Shown here piece by piece: positions 44,588 through 54,453 of a stretch of DNA of 64,000 nucleotides. Numbering within the stretch: the stretch's first letter is position 1; each line of letters starts with the position of its first letter. This DNA comes from Actinomycetes bacterium (GTDB lineage Bacteria; Actinomycetota; Actinomycetes; Nanopelagicales; Nanopelagicaceae): positions 1,556 to 65,555 of the forward strand of contig JBAXIC010000001.1 of NCBI GenBank assembly GCA_037138575.1, in the 5' to 3' direction. The notes beneath the pieces are model-generated. The model worked only from the letters and a program-made list of their open reading frames with translations. It made no database searches and was not told the DNA's origin. Position numbers and translations under genes: made by a program.

Positions 44588-44617
44588 AGGGTACGGTTCG
44601 CGCCTTACTTAGGGCAA
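44588..44617 (-). promoter_or_regulatory. Probable sigma-A promoter of rpsA
   Basis: TTGCCC-N18-TACCCT on the minus strand, followed by a leader with the hairpin CCGC-ATAA-GCGG. Confidence 0.55.
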
Positions 44618-44661
44618 ATCCAAGCGCAGAAATCGAGGGGAAAGATAGACTGATAAACGCT

Positions 44662-45888
44662 ATGAAACGATACAAAGAGCTATTTGCGCTACCTAATGTG
44701 GTTATCTTGGGAATTAGTGCTTTTCCGGCACGCCTTGCTTACTCCATGATCGGCTTGGCAATTTTTTTTAAGACCCAACAATCAACGGGCTCAGTTGCAG
44801 CTGCCGGATTAGCTATCGGATTGAACTCATTGGCTGGATCTTTGACTGCAGGGGTAAGAGGCTCAGTTATGGATCGCTGGGGACAAAAATGGCCGCTGCG
44901 TATCTTGGTTCCTTCTTATGCGGCTTTAATTCTTGCTTTGAGCAGTATGCACACGAAAGAATCGATTCTAGTTACAGCCTTTATTCTCGGTGCAACGGCT
45001 CCACCCATTAACTTGTCGGTACGTCCTCTTTGGAAAGATATTGTTCCTGAAGATTATTTGAGAACAGCATATGCACTTGATTCGTCAATGATGAGTTTTA
45101 CTTCAGTTATTGGCCCAATCGTTATTACAACTCTTGCACTTTCATCGCATCCGGGCCTTGGCCTTGGGGTTACATCGGCATTGATGCTCATGGGCGGTAC
45201 GGCTTTAGCACTGACATCAGTCTCAAGAAATTGGATTCCAGAAAAACGAGCCAAAGGCCAACAAAAACTCTGGCGAGATCGTGCAATTCAAATTCTTATG
45301 TTTGAAGGCTGCTTCATTGGATTTGGATGGGGTGTGTTTGATGTTGCGGTACCAGCTCTTGCGACACAAGAAGGTGTTGCCCATCGCGTTGCTTGGATAT
45401 TCGCGGCTTTTGGAATCGCAAATGTAATTGGTGGATTATTGGGTGGCTTAGTTTCAAAGAAAATGGCACCGCGCTCTGCCCTACTGCGTGCATACCTACT
45501 ATGGGTCATCGCATGCATCCCAATTGTTTTTACTAATCCAGATTGGACCATGGCCATCGTCGGCGCCGGAATCGGATTTATTGGCGGAGCCGTACAAGTC
45601 TTTTATTTTGAAGTTCTTGAAGCGGTACGTCCTCAAGGATCACAAACATCATCCCTCGGCTGGATCTGGAGCGTTGAAGGTTCTTTCATGGCCCTAGGTG
45701 CTGCAGTCGGAGGATTTGTTTCAGAACACTACTCTCCTCGTGCGGGCTTAGCTCTTACTCCAATTATGTTGGCCATCGGATTAACAATCTTTACAATTGG
45801 AAAGGGACGATTAGCTGCAGCAAATGATGTTCCAACTGATGCCGAAGATCTTGCGGCAATCAAAGATATCTCAAATGAAGTTAAGTAA
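44662..45888 (+). CDS. MFS transporter
   Basis: About 12 hydrophobic segments and motif A-like GSVMDRWGQK. ATG 44662 (MKRYKELF) preferred because the 44572 extension overlaps the rpsA promoter and leader. Confidence 0.88.
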   Translation: MKRYKELFALPNVVILGISAFPARLAYSMIGLAIFFKTQQSTGSVAAAGLAIGLNSLAGSLTAGVRGSVMDRWGQKWPLRILVPSYAALILALSSMHTKESILVTAFILGATAPPINLSVRPLWKDIVPEDYLRTAYALDSSMMSFTSVIGPIVITTLALSSHPGLGLGVTSALMLMGGTALALTSVSRNWIPEKRAKGQQKLWRDRAIQILMFEGCFIGFGWGVFDVAVPALATQEGVAHRVAWIFAAFGIANVIGGLLGGLVSKKMAPRSALLRAYLLWVIACIPIVFTNPDWTMAIVGAGIGFIGGAVQVFYFEVLEAVRPQGSQTSSLGWIWSVEGSFMALGAAVGGFVSEHYSPRAGLALTPIMLAIGLTIFTIGKGRLAAANDVPTDAEDLAAIKDISNEVK

Positions 45889-48474
45889 TTAGTGCGCCGC
45901 ATCATGCCATGTAAGGCCAAGTCCTGCATTTACATCTAATGGAGCTTTGAGCGGATACGCAGCGCCCATTTCACGTTTTACTAATGTTGTAATTCTTTCT
46001 TCTTCACCTTTTACTACTTCAACAATTAACTCATCATGAATTTGAAGAAGTAATCTTGAGGCAAGTTTTTCTTTCTCAATCGCAGCTTGAACTTTAAGCA
46101 TCGCCAATTTAATAATGTCAGCTGCCGAACCTTGGATTGGTGCATTAAGTGCCATGCGTTCAGCAACTTCTCGCCTCTGACGATTATCGTGCATTAAATC
46201 TGGCAAGTATCTGCGACGGCCCATAATAGTTTCGGTATATCCAACTTTGCGTGCATCTTCTACTACGACCTTTAAATAATCACGGATTCCACCAAAGCGT
46301 TCAAAATATTTATCCATCAAATCCTGTGCTGCTGGTGGGGAAATATCTAACTGAGCAGATAGACCATAGGAGGACAGTCCATAAGCAAGGCCATATGACA
46401 TAGCTTTAATTTGTCTTCGCATCTCAGGATCGACATCGTGTGGCGCAACGCCAAATATTTCGCCGGCCACGGTTGCATGCAGATCTTCACCAGACTCAAA
46501 TGCTTTCAATAGCTTTTCATCATTTGAAAGGTGGGCCATGATGCGCATCTCTATCTGGCTGTAATCAGCTGTTAACAGCCCTACATAACCTTTTCCCGCA
46601 ACAAAACAGTTACGGATTGTTCGTCCCTCTTCGGTGCGCACTGGAATGTTTTGCAAGTTTGGCCCCGTGGATGAAAGGCGTCCAGTTGCTGCAATAGTTT
46701 GTTGAAAATGTGTGTGAATACGTCCATCTTTTGCGATTTCTGCAATTAAACCTTCAACCGTTGTCCCCAGCTTCTTAGTTTCGCGAATGCGAAGCAATGA
46801 GGTTAATACGGGATGGCCGCTCTTTTGATGCAACCAATCAAGGCTTTCGGCATCGGTTGTGTAGCCTGTTTTAATCTTTTTAGTCTTTGGCAGGCCAAGC
46901 TCGTCAAATAGAACTACTTGCAACTGCTTGGGAGATGCCACGTTAAATTCATGTCCCACAGATCCATGAGCAGCTTTTGTTTCACGGGTTACTTCGCCTT
47001 CAAAGAAGGATGCAAGTTTTTCAAGTTCATTGCGATCAACAGCGATACCGATGGACTCCATTTTGGCAAGAAGAGCCGCAACAGGTAGTTCCATATTCAT
47101 AAACAGATCCCAGAGGTTTCGCTCTTTGAGTTCACGAGTTAATGATTCTCTTAATGCGAAGAGCGCTCTGGCCGAGGTTAAGAGTTCTTGTTCAGGTGAT
47201 GAAAAGTTAATAGCACTGCCATCTCCCCAACGCTCCTGCAAATCTTTTAGCTCCTGCGCGCGAACGCCAGGATTTACCAAATAAGCCGCTAATGAAGTAT
47301 CGAACTCAATGCCAACTAAGCCGTTGGCTCGCGATAGAGATTTTGCATCGTGGGCAATTTTTGGAACAGTTGAATCTAAAGCCCAATCCCCCATAGTCGA
47401 AGAGTGGACCAAGAAGACTTCATCCTTAGAAAATGCAACTGCATATCTATGAAGCTTTTCTTCCTCCAGGGAGAACGCGATTGCGATTGCCGATTTGTGT
47501 GAGCTAACTTTTATATCAAGTTCAGCTGGAGTTAATACACCTTCGCTCATCTCTTCGGCAAAGAGTGCAAACTCAGGTTCAGCCTGCTTGCTTGCGCCTT
47601 TGATAAGAATGGGTTTCATACGATCTTTAAGAGTTTTAAACTCTAGGCGATCAAATAGCGGATTCGTGTGGTTTTCATCGACCCCGATCCAGGCAAGAGC
47701 ATCGATACTTAAATCCAATGGAACTTCGGCAATCAGTTGGGTCAATTCTCTATTGCGAATCACATTATCGATTGAATCGCGTAAGGATTGTCCGACCTTG
47801 CCGCCGACCTTATCTACGTTCGAGAGAAGCTCTTGTAGGGATCCATACTCAACGACCCACTTGGCGGCGGTTTTTTCACCAACACCTGGAATCGATGGAA
47901 GGTTGTCACTTGGATCTCCGCGTAATGCAGCAAAATCTGGATACTGCGTTGGAGTCATTCCATATTTTTCCTGTACTGCCTCAGGTGTCATTCGCGCCAA
48001 ATCACTCACGCCACGCTTGGGATAAAGCACCGTAGTCTTTTCATTAACTAGTTGGAATGAATCACGATCACCGGTACATATGAGAACTTCAGCCCCTTCT
48101 TTTTCAGCACGTTTAGCAATAGTTGCCAAAATATCATCGGCCTCATATCCCTCAACTTCGAACTGCGTAATTCCAAAAGCCGTTACAAGTTCGTGAAGAT
48201 ATGACATTTGCGAACGAAACTCATCGGGGGTCTTAGCGCGATTGGCTTTGTATTCTGGAAATATTTCAGAGCGAAAAGTCTTGCGCGATACATCAAATGC
48301 GACTGCAACATGTGTGGGTTTCTCGCTGCTTAAAAGTGACAAGAGCATCGTCGCAAAGCCGTAAATGGCATTGGTGTGCTGACCAGAAGCTGTTGTGAAG
48401 TTCTCAGCCGGCAAGGCAAAAAAAGCGCGATACGCCATCGAGTGCCCATCAATAAGTAATAGGCGTTTGCTCAT
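45889..48474 (-). CDS. polA: DNA polymerase I
   Basis: LLIDGHS 5' nuclease, GDPSDN, TGRLSS..PNLQNIP, ADYSQIE, NAPIQGSAAD and QIHDEL motifs; ATG 48474 lies 6 nt after a TAAGAT -10. Confidence 0.98.
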   Translation of the reverse strand: MSKRLLLIDGHSMAYRAFFALPAENFTTASGQHTNAIYGFATMLLSLLSSEKPTHVAVAFDVSRKTFRSEIFPEYKANRAKTPDEFRSQMSYLHELVTAFGITQFEVEGYEADDILATIAKRAEKEGAEVLICTGDRDSFQLVNEKTTVLYPKRGVSDLARMTPEAVQEKYGMTPTQYPDFAALRGDPSDNLPSIPGVGEKTAAKWVVEYGSLQELLSNVDKVGGKVGQSLRDSIDNVIRNRELTQLIAEVPLDLSIDALAWIGVDENHTNPLFDRLEFKTLKDRMKPILIKGASKQAEPEFALFAEEMSEGVLTPAELDIKVSSHKSAIAIAFSLEEEKLHRYAVAFSKDEVFLVHSSTMGDWALDSTVPKIAHDAKSLSRANGLVGIEFDTSLAAYLVNPGVRAQELKDLQERWGDGSAINFSSPEQELLTSARALFALRESLTRELKERNLWDLFMNMELPVAALLAKMESIGIAVDRNELEKLASFFEGEVTRETKAAHGSVGHEFNVASPKQLQVVLFDELGLPKTKKIKTGYTTDAESLDWLHQKSGHPVLTSLLRIRETKKLGTTVEGLIAEIAKDGRIHTHFQQTIAATGRLSSTGPNLQNIPVRTEEGRTIRNCFVAGKGYVGLLTADYSQIEMRIMAHLSNDEKLLKAFESGEDLHATVAGEIFGVAPHDVDPEMRRQIKAMSYGLAYGLSSYGLSAQLDISPPAAQDLMDKYFERFGGIRDYLKVVVEDARKVGYTETIMGRRRYLPDLMHDNRQRREVAERMALNAPIQGSAADIIKLAMLKVQAAIEKEKLASRLLLQIHDELIVEVVKGEEERITTLVKREMGAAYPLKAPLDVNAGLGLTWHDAAH

Positions 48475-48509
48475 GGGCACATCTTAGGTTGCGCACTAGA
48501 ATACTTCTC

Positions 48510-48923
48510 ATGATCAACGAAGAGTTTCTCAAGTTTTACAAGGAGCGCGGCAGCGGCGCACTCGACCAAAAGATGGGCATTAAAATTCTTGAAGCACAGC
48601 CAGGTCGCCTCGTTGGCACTATGCCTGTTGAAGGAAACACTCAGCCAATGGGTCTGTTACACGGCGGAGCAAATGTAGTTCTGGCTGAATCTCTCGGTTC
48701 TATCGGTACTTCTTTGCATGCTGGTCCCACTCGAAAAATCGTTGGTGTAGATATCAATGCAACGCATCATAAATCGGCAACATCAGGAATCGTGACGGGA
48801 GTTGCAACTGCAATTTCACTTGGTAAAACACTGTGCAGTTGGGAAATTATTATTACAAATGAAGCAGGCGAACGCACATGTACTGCGCGAATCACCTGCT
48901 TAATATTGGCAGAGCGAGCTTAG
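48510..48923 (+). CDS. PaaI/hotdog-fold thioesterase
   Basis: NTQPMGLLHGGA..LAES and GVDINATH motifs; ATG 48510 lies 7 nt after TAGAAT. Confidence 0.92.
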   Translation: MINEEFLKFYKERGSGALDQKMGIKILEAQPGRLVGTMPVEGNTQPMGLLHGGANVVLAESLGSIGTSLHAGPTRKIVGVDINATHHKSATSGIVTGVATAISLGKTLCSWEIIITNEAGERTCTARITCLILAERA

Positions 48924-48925
48924 AT

Positions 48926-49648
48926 TTAAGAATGCGCTCCGGTGCCTAGGTATGCCTCACGCACCGCGGGATCATTAAGTAGATCAGAGGCTTTTGCCTC
49001 TTTAACTACGTTGCCCGTTTCCAAGATGTAAGCACGGTGTGCGCGTTGTAGCGCCTGTTGTGCATTTTGTTCAACAAGTAAAATAGTCACACCGGTCTTA
49101 TTAATCTCAGTAATGATGCGGAAGATATTGGCAATCATCTGAGGTGCAAGTCCCATAGAGGGCTCGTCAAGAAGTAAAACCTTTGGACGAGACATCAGTG
49201 CGCGGCCGATAGCCAACATCTGTTGCTCTCCTCCAGATAAAGTTCCGCCAGCTTGGGCAACGCGTTCTTTCAACCGTGGGAAAAGTGTGTAGACCTTATC
49301 GAGATCTTCACTCATCTCAGCTTTACGGTTTTTGCGGTGAAACTTTCCCATCTCAAGGTTTTCAAGAACTGTCATGCCGGGGAAAATTCCGCGGCCTTCA
49401 GGTGCTTGTGATATTCCAAGATCCACGCGCTCATGCGCTGGAACATTTGAAATATCCTGACCATCAAAAATGATTGCGCCAGAAGTCACCTTACGTAGTC
49501 CAGAGATAGTCTTAAGGGTCGTTGTCTTACCGGCGCCATTAGCGCCAATCAATGTAACGATTTCACCTTCGTTAACTACTACAGAGATTCCCTTAATAGC
49601 TTCGATCTTGCCGTAGTGAACGTGAAGATCTTTAATTTCAAGACGCAT
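48926..49648 (-). CDS. livF: Branched-chain amino acid ABC transporter ATPase
   Basis: GANGAGKTT, PEGRGIF, LSGGEQQMLA and LVEQNA motifs. Confidence 0.93.
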   Translation of the reverse strand: MRLEIKDLHVHYGKIEAIKGISVVVNEGEIVTLIGANGAGKTTTLKTISGLRKVTSGAIIFDGQDISNVPAHERVDLGISQAPEGRGIFPGMTVLENLEMGKFHRKNRKAEMSEDLDKVYTLFPRLKERVAQAGGTLSGGEQQMLAIGRALMSRPKVLLLDEPSMGLAPQMIANIFRIITEINKTGVTILLVEQNAQQALQRAHRAYILETGNVVKEAKASDLLNDPAVREAYLGTGAHS

Positions 49649-50414
49649 CTGATGGCACTCCTAAATAAGCTTCGATAACCTTTGGATCGTTTTGAACTTT
49701 ACTTGGCAGGTCATCGGCGATCTTGATGCCGAAGTCAAGGACTACGACGCGATCTGAGATTCCCATAATCAAGGACATATCGTGTTCGATAAGAAGAACG
49801 GTATAGCCAGCATCGCGAATTCGCTTAATCAATGCTGCAAGTTCGACTTTTTCTGCCGGGTTAAAGCCAGCGGCTGGTTCATCAAGAAGAAGAAGCTGCG
49901 GATTTGTTCCCATTGCACGAGCAATTTCTAAGCGACGCTGCACACCGTATGGAAGGTTCTTTGCCAAGCGATCTGAATACTCATCGATTCCGATGAACTT
50001 TAGGATCTCGTGCGCGCGGGCACGGTTTTCGCGTTCTTCGCGACGTGCACGTGGCAGACCAAATAACGCCCCAATTAACCCACTCTTCTTGTGAGCATCT
50101 GTTGCAGTAATAACGTTTTCAAGGGTGGTCATATCTCCCCATAAACGAATGTTTTGGAACGTACGTGCGATTCCCATCTGAGTAATCTCAAAGCGCTTTT
50201 GCTTATTGATTCTTGATCCAGCAAAAGTGATTGTTCCACTGGTTGGCTTATAGACACCCGTGACAACATTGAAAACCGTTGTCTTGCCGGCGCCATTGGG
50301 TCCAATCAAAGCAAGGATTTCGCCCTTTTTAACATCAATATTAACTTCGCCTAACGCTGTAACTCCACCAAACTTCATGGTCACATTTTGTAGCGAAAGA
50401 AGTGTCTCTGACAT
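49638..50414 (-). CDS. livG: Branched-chain amino acid ABC transporter ATPase
   Basis: MSETLL start at 50414 coupled to the livM stop (TAATG); GPNGAGKTT, ARTFQNIRL, LPYG, LDEPAAG and IEHDM motifs. Confidence 0.93.
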   Translation of the reverse strand: MSETLLSLQNVTMKFGGVTALGEVNIDVKKGEILALIGPNGAGKTTVFNVVTGVYKPTSGTITFAGSRINKQKRFEITQMGIARTFQNIRLWGDMTTLENVITATDAHKKSGLIGALFGLPRARREERENRARAHEILKFIGIDEYSDRLAKNLPYGVQRRLEIARAMGTNPQLLLLDEPAAGFNPAEKVELAALIKRIRDAGYTVLLIEHDMSLIMGISDRVVVLDFGIKIADDLPSKVQNDPKVIEAYLGVPSDAS

Positions 50415-51451
50415 TATGCGTTCACCTCTTTCTTGACAATCACTTTTTCGCGCTTCTTGCGTGGCAATAATCCATCTGGTCGGAAGTTCATGACAACAAC
50501 TAGAACTGTTCCGAAGACAAGAAGACGTGCATCTGAGATAAATCGGATTCGATCTGGTAGGTAACCAAGAATTGTTGCTCCAACAACCACTCCCCAAATG
50601 TTTCCGATTCCACCGAAAACAACGCAAGAAAGAATCAAAATTGAAACATTGAGTGTGAACATTTCAGGTGCAATAAAGAGGTTCTTAGATGCATATAGAA
50701 CGCCTGCTGCGCCACCAACGGCTGCACCTAAAGTAAATGACCAAATCTTGTACTTAAGCGTTGGCACTCCCATTAGTTCGGCAGCGTCCTCATCTTGACG
50801 GATAGCTTCCCATGCACGGCCTGGGCGACGCACGCTAAGTCGGCGAATCATCCAGATTGTTAACAAAATCATTGTTACAACGACCCAGAAAAAGACTTTC
50901 TGATCTTCCAATTTAAATTTAAGCGGCCCAATATTTGGAGGCATTGGTACGTTTGCAATTCCATTAGGGCCCTTACTCCAAGAAGAGTTGAGAACAACTA
51001 ATCGAACAATTTCTCCAAAACCCAATGTAACGATAGCGAGATAGTCACCGCGTAGGCGCAAGGTAGGTAAACCAAGCAAAACACCGGCAAGCATTGCAAA
51101 ACCGATACCGAAAGGCATGATCTCCCAAGTATTTAAATGGGTGTGGGTTCCCATAAGCGCCATCGTGTAGGCACCAATTGCGAAAAAAGCCACATAACCT
51201 AAATCAAGCATTCCAGATTTACCGACCACAATATTAAGGCCCAGCGCCATTAATACGAAAATACCAACTGGATAAACCAGAACGGCATCATAGGATGCGA
51301 TTGGCGTAGCTAAAAAGGATGCACCAGCGAAGGGCAAGAGTCCCACGAGGAATATCGACGTAAGCGCGATTGCTATGCGCTTTGGGCGATTAGCATTCTC
51401 CCAAATGCTTGCGCCCCAGTCGCGAAGATTCCAATAGTTTCTAATTTTCAT
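50414..51451 (-). CDS. livM: Branched-chain amino acid ABC transporter permease
   Basis: GLNIVVG..GMLDLGYVAF, RLRGDYLAIVTLGFGEI and AIRQDEDAA motifs. Confidence 0.93.
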   Translation of the reverse strand: MKIRNYWNLRDWGASIWENANRPKRIAIALTSIFLVGLLPFAGASFLATPIASYDAVLVYPVGIFVLMALGLNIVVGKSGMLDLGYVAFFAIGAYTMALMGTHTHLNTWEIMPFGIGFAMLAGVLLGLPTLRLRGDYLAIVTLGFGEIVRLVVLNSSWSKGPNGIANVPMPPNIGPLKFKLEDQKVFFWVVVTMILLTIWMIRRLSVRRPGRAWEAIRQDEDAAELMGVPTLKYKIWSFTLGAAVGGAAGVLYASKNLFIAPEMFTLNVSILILSCVVFGGIGNIWGVVVGATILGYLPDRIRFISDARLLVFGTVLVVVMNFRPDGLLPRKKREKVIVKKEVNA

Positions 51452-51454
51452 GAG

Positions 51455-52405
51455 TTACGCCCTCGTTGTCTGAACGGCTTCGCCAAATAATCCATTTGGC
51501 TTGAAGAGAAGAACAAGAACCAAAACAATAAATACTGTTACTGCTTTCCACTGCGTTCCAAGAATCGCTGAGGCATACACTTCAAGCAGGCCAAGTGTAA
51601 GTCCACCGAAAAACGCTCCGCGGATATTTCCAATTCCGCCAAGCACGGCTGCGGTAAAGGCAGCCATACCCATAGTGAAACCAATATTGAACTTTGTGTA
51701 CTCAAATACCGTGACGTAGAAGAAGGCTGCAGCACCGGTTGCTAATCCACCTACAAGAAATGTCGTGGTGATAACGCGGTTGAGGTTTACACCCATAAGT
51801 TTGGCGGCATCCTCATTCATCGAGACCGCACGGATTGCTTTACCCATTCTCGATAATTTAATAAAGCGTTCAAGAATAAAGAAGATGATTGCGGCAGCGA
51901 TAATCGTGATGACTGTATCCAAGCGAACGTTTGCGCCCCAGACCTCAGTTAAAATAATTTTTTCAAGAACTCGCGGAGATCCAACAGGACGCGAACTGGT
52001 CAACAAACGCATAACTTCTTGAAGCGCAATTGAAATACCGATCGCAGAGATGAGTGTCGCAAGACGGTTTGTGCCCTTCATGCGAAGACGGCGATAGGCA
52101 ACAAATTCAACAAATACTGCAGTCAAACCAGAGACTAACATCGACATCAGTAGAGCAGTTATGAGAACTAAAGCTAATTTAAAACCATGCGCGGGCTGCG
52201 AAGTTTGTGTGTAATGAAAAATATCTCGGTTAGTTACGACAGTTCCGAAAGTTCCCCACATAAAGATTTCAGAGTTCGCAAAGTTAATCATGCGGAGCAC
52301 TCCATAAACCATGGTGTAACCGAGGGAGATCAAAACATAGATAAATCCGAGGGCGATTCCTGCAATTGTCAGCGACCAGAACTGATCAATAAGTACTGAA
52401 AACAT
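51455..52405 (-). CDS. livH: Branched-chain amino acid ABC transporter permease
   Basis: LGYTMVYGVLRMINFA, AFTAAVLGGIG and KPNGLFG motifs. Confidence 0.93.
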   Translation of the reverse strand: MFSVLIDQFWSLTIAGIALGFIYVLISLGYTMVYGVLRMINFANSEIFMWGTFGTVVTNRDIFHYTQTSQPAHGFKLALVLITALLMSMLVSGLTAVFVEFVAYRRLRMKGTNRLATLISAIGISIALQEVMRLLTSSRPVGSPRVLEKIILTEVWGANVRLDTVITIIAAAIIFFILERFIKLSRMGKAIRAVSMNEDAAKLMGVNLNRVITTTFLVGGLATGAAAFFYVTVFEYTKFNIGFTMGMAAFTAAVLGGIGNIRGAFFGGLTLGLLEVYASAILGTQWKAVTVFIVLVLVLLFKPNGLFGEAVQTTRA

Positions 52406-52458
52406 CGTGCTCCTTCGCTATTTCTTCTGCGCGAGTATAGAGGTAGACCTTACGCAAG

Positions 52459-52507
52459 TGGTGGGTGTCTTGGTCTCTTTTGCAAGAGTTTTCCAAAACA
52501 CCCACCA
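52459..52507 (-). other. Intercistronic stem-loop after livK (probable mRNA 3' stabiliser or partial terminator)
   Basis: TGGTGGGTGTTTTGG / CCAAGACACCCACCA arms, inner CTCTT-GCAA-AAGAG with a GNRA loop, no U-tract. Confidence 0.7.
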
Positions 52508-52533
52508 GCTTGTTAAGCGTTATTCCTCGTTAA

Positions 52534-53682
52534 TTACTTAACGATACCTGTGTTAACTAGAACACCGTTCTTTGAAGTGAAACCAGCAAATAGTCCGTAA
52601 GAAATGTCGCCATTCTTATTGAACTTAATTGTGTTTCCAGAGATGCTCTTGCCTGAGTATGCATTTACATAAGCAAGCATTGCTGAACGTGTTGTCTTTC
52701 CAGCCTTGATGCCTGAAAGGAAGATGTTTGCTGCATCGAATGCCTCAACTGAGTACACACCAGATGAAACGCCCATCTTCTTCTTGAAATCAGCTTCTAG
52801 CTTTGCGCTGATTCCTGCAAGTCCGCCAACGCCAGTTACCTTTGAACCTTCAGCTGCAGCTCCTGCAAGCTTTGGGAACTCCTGGTTGAAGACTCCGTCG
52901 CCACCAGCAAATATTGCTGTTGAACCTGAGTCACGAAGCTGCTTAATGAATACAGCAGCTTGGCTGTAGTAACCAGTGTAGATAACAACTGTTGCACCTG
53001 ATGTCTTGATCTTTGCAACTGTTGGGCTGAAGTCTGTTGTTGTATTTGGAACTGAGTCTCCACCAACAAGTGTTGCTCCAGCAACCTTCTTCAAGCCAGC
53101 TTCTACGAAGCCACGAAGAGGTACTGCGTATGCTGATTGATCATCAAAAACAAATACCTTTGCATTTGAAACTCCTGCTGTTGCGTACTTAGCCAAAGCT
53201 GGACCCTGTAGATCATCTTTACCTACAACACGGTGGAAAACTGGTCCGCCGAAGTCAGGTGATGTTGGATCTGTTAGAGATACGCGAGTTGCTGATGGAG
53301 AGATAAGTGCAAGTCCGCCAGCTTTGTAATATGGAAGAGATGCGATTGTTGCACCTGAGTAAGCAGGTCCTACAACACCAAGAATGTTCTTGTTAGCGCC
53401 GATTCCTGGAGCAACTGTTGATGCAACAGCTGGATCTCCCTGATCGTCAACAGAGACAACCTTGATTGTGTAACCCTTGTTTGCTGCCATGAAAAGCTTT
53501 GCAGCGTACTTAACTGCGTTCTGCTCATCGATACCAGTTGATGCTTCTCCACCTGAAAGTGGACCTTGGTATGCGATTGAGAAAGTCTTTGTTGCTGCAC
53601 TAGCTGTTGGTACTGAAGCGATGCCAAAAGCAACGGCTACAGCAGTAACAATGGCAAGTGAACCTTTGATCTTCTTGTTCAT
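52534..53682 (-). CDS. livK: Branched-chain amino acid ABC transporter substrate-binding protein
   Basis: Signal peptide; GPLSG, DDQGDP, GVVGPAYSG, ISPSAT and GGDG motifs of the LivJ/K family. Confidence 0.9.
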   Translation of the reverse strand: MNKKIKGSLAIVTAVAVAFGIASVPTASAATKTFSIAYQGPLSGGEASTGIDEQNAVKYAAKLFMAANKGYTIKVVSVDDQGDPAVASTVAPGIGANKNILGVVGPAYSGATIASLPYYKAGGLALISPSATRVSLTDPTSPDFGGPVFHRVVGKDDLQGPALAKYATAGVSNAKVFVFDDQSAYAVPLRGFVEAGLKKVAGATLVGGDSVPNTTTDFSPTVAKIKTSGATVVIYTGYYSQAAVFIKQLRDSGSTAIFAGGDGVFNQEFPKLAGAAAEGSKVTGVGGLAGISAKLEADFKKKMGVSSGVYSVEAFDAANIFLSGIKAGKTTRSAMLAYVNAYSGKSISGNTIKFNKNGDISYGLFAGFTSKNGVLVNTGIVK

Positions 53683-53786
53683 TTAATGCCTTTCCTGTTC
53701 TTGTGTCCCGGGACAGGGAGGCAGTCAGGGTAATGGCAGGAGTTAAGGAATAACAAGCCCATTTGAGCCTGAAACGAGCCTATTTC

Positions 53787-53802
53787 GTTTCATTTATGTA
53801 AC
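53787..53802 (-). promoter_or_regulatory. Putative GlnR box upstream of livK
   Basis: GTTAC-ATAAAT-GAAAC matches the actinobacterial GTnAC-N6-GAAAC a/b site. Confidence 0.6.
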
Positions 53803-53824
53803 GTTTTGTGCAGAGTTGGATGAA

Positions 53825-54400
53825 CTACCGTTCGGGTACGGCATCAGGACTAATAACGGCCTCGGCTACCTGTTTCATCGTCAGCCGACGGTCCATGGCC
53901 GCTCGTTGAATCCAAGAAAAGGCATCGGGCTCTGAAAGATTAAGCGCCTTCATCAAGATGCCCTTTGCGCGATCAATAATTTTTCTAGTTTCAAGTCGAT
54001 CATGCAGGTCGGCAACTTCGGCGGCAAGTGATCGCATCTGCGAATGTCGACTGATTGCAATTTCAATTGCTGGAATTAAATCACCGATTGTAAATGGCTT
54101 AACAACATAGGCCATAACTCCGGCATCGCGAGCGCGATCGATTAACTCCTTTTGAGAAAAGGCAGTGAGCATCAAAACTGGTGCTAGATCTATGATTTTT
54201 TCCGCGGCACTTATTCCATCAAGGATTGGCATCTTTACATCAAGAATTGCTAAATCTGGTTTGAATTCAACTGTCAATTCAACTGCTTCTTGGCCGTTTG
54301 TTGCTTGTGCAACAACTTCGTATCCGGCATCTTGTAACATTTCAACTAGATCCATACGAATTAACGCTTCATCTTCAGCAACCAGGATACGAACGCTCAT
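53825..54400 (-). CDS. pdtaR: ANTAR-domain response regulator (PdtaR/Rv1626 type)
   Basis: Receiver domain (AEDE, LDVKMP, VKPF) plus ANTAR domain (RKIIDRAKGILM..AF.WIQ..AMD.R). Confidence 0.92.
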   Translation of the reverse strand: MSVRILVAEDEALIRMDLVEMLQDAGYEVVAQATNGQEAVELTVEFKPDLAILDVKMPILDGISAAEKIIDLAPVLMLTAFSQKELIDRARDAGVMAYVVKPFTIGDLIPAIEIAISRHSQMRSLAAEVADLHDRLETRKIIDRAKGILMKALNLSEPDAFSWIQRAAMDRRLTMKQVAEAVISPDAVPER

Positions 54401-54453
54401 GTCCGATTCATCCCTTCGCAGATGCCGATGACATCTATAAACGATCTCTAGCG

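Noticed and set aside
50415-50627. N-terminal extension of livG in the ORF track
   Set aside because: It overlaps livM. The true start is the ATG at 50414 coupled to the livM stop, so no fusion or frameshift is needed.
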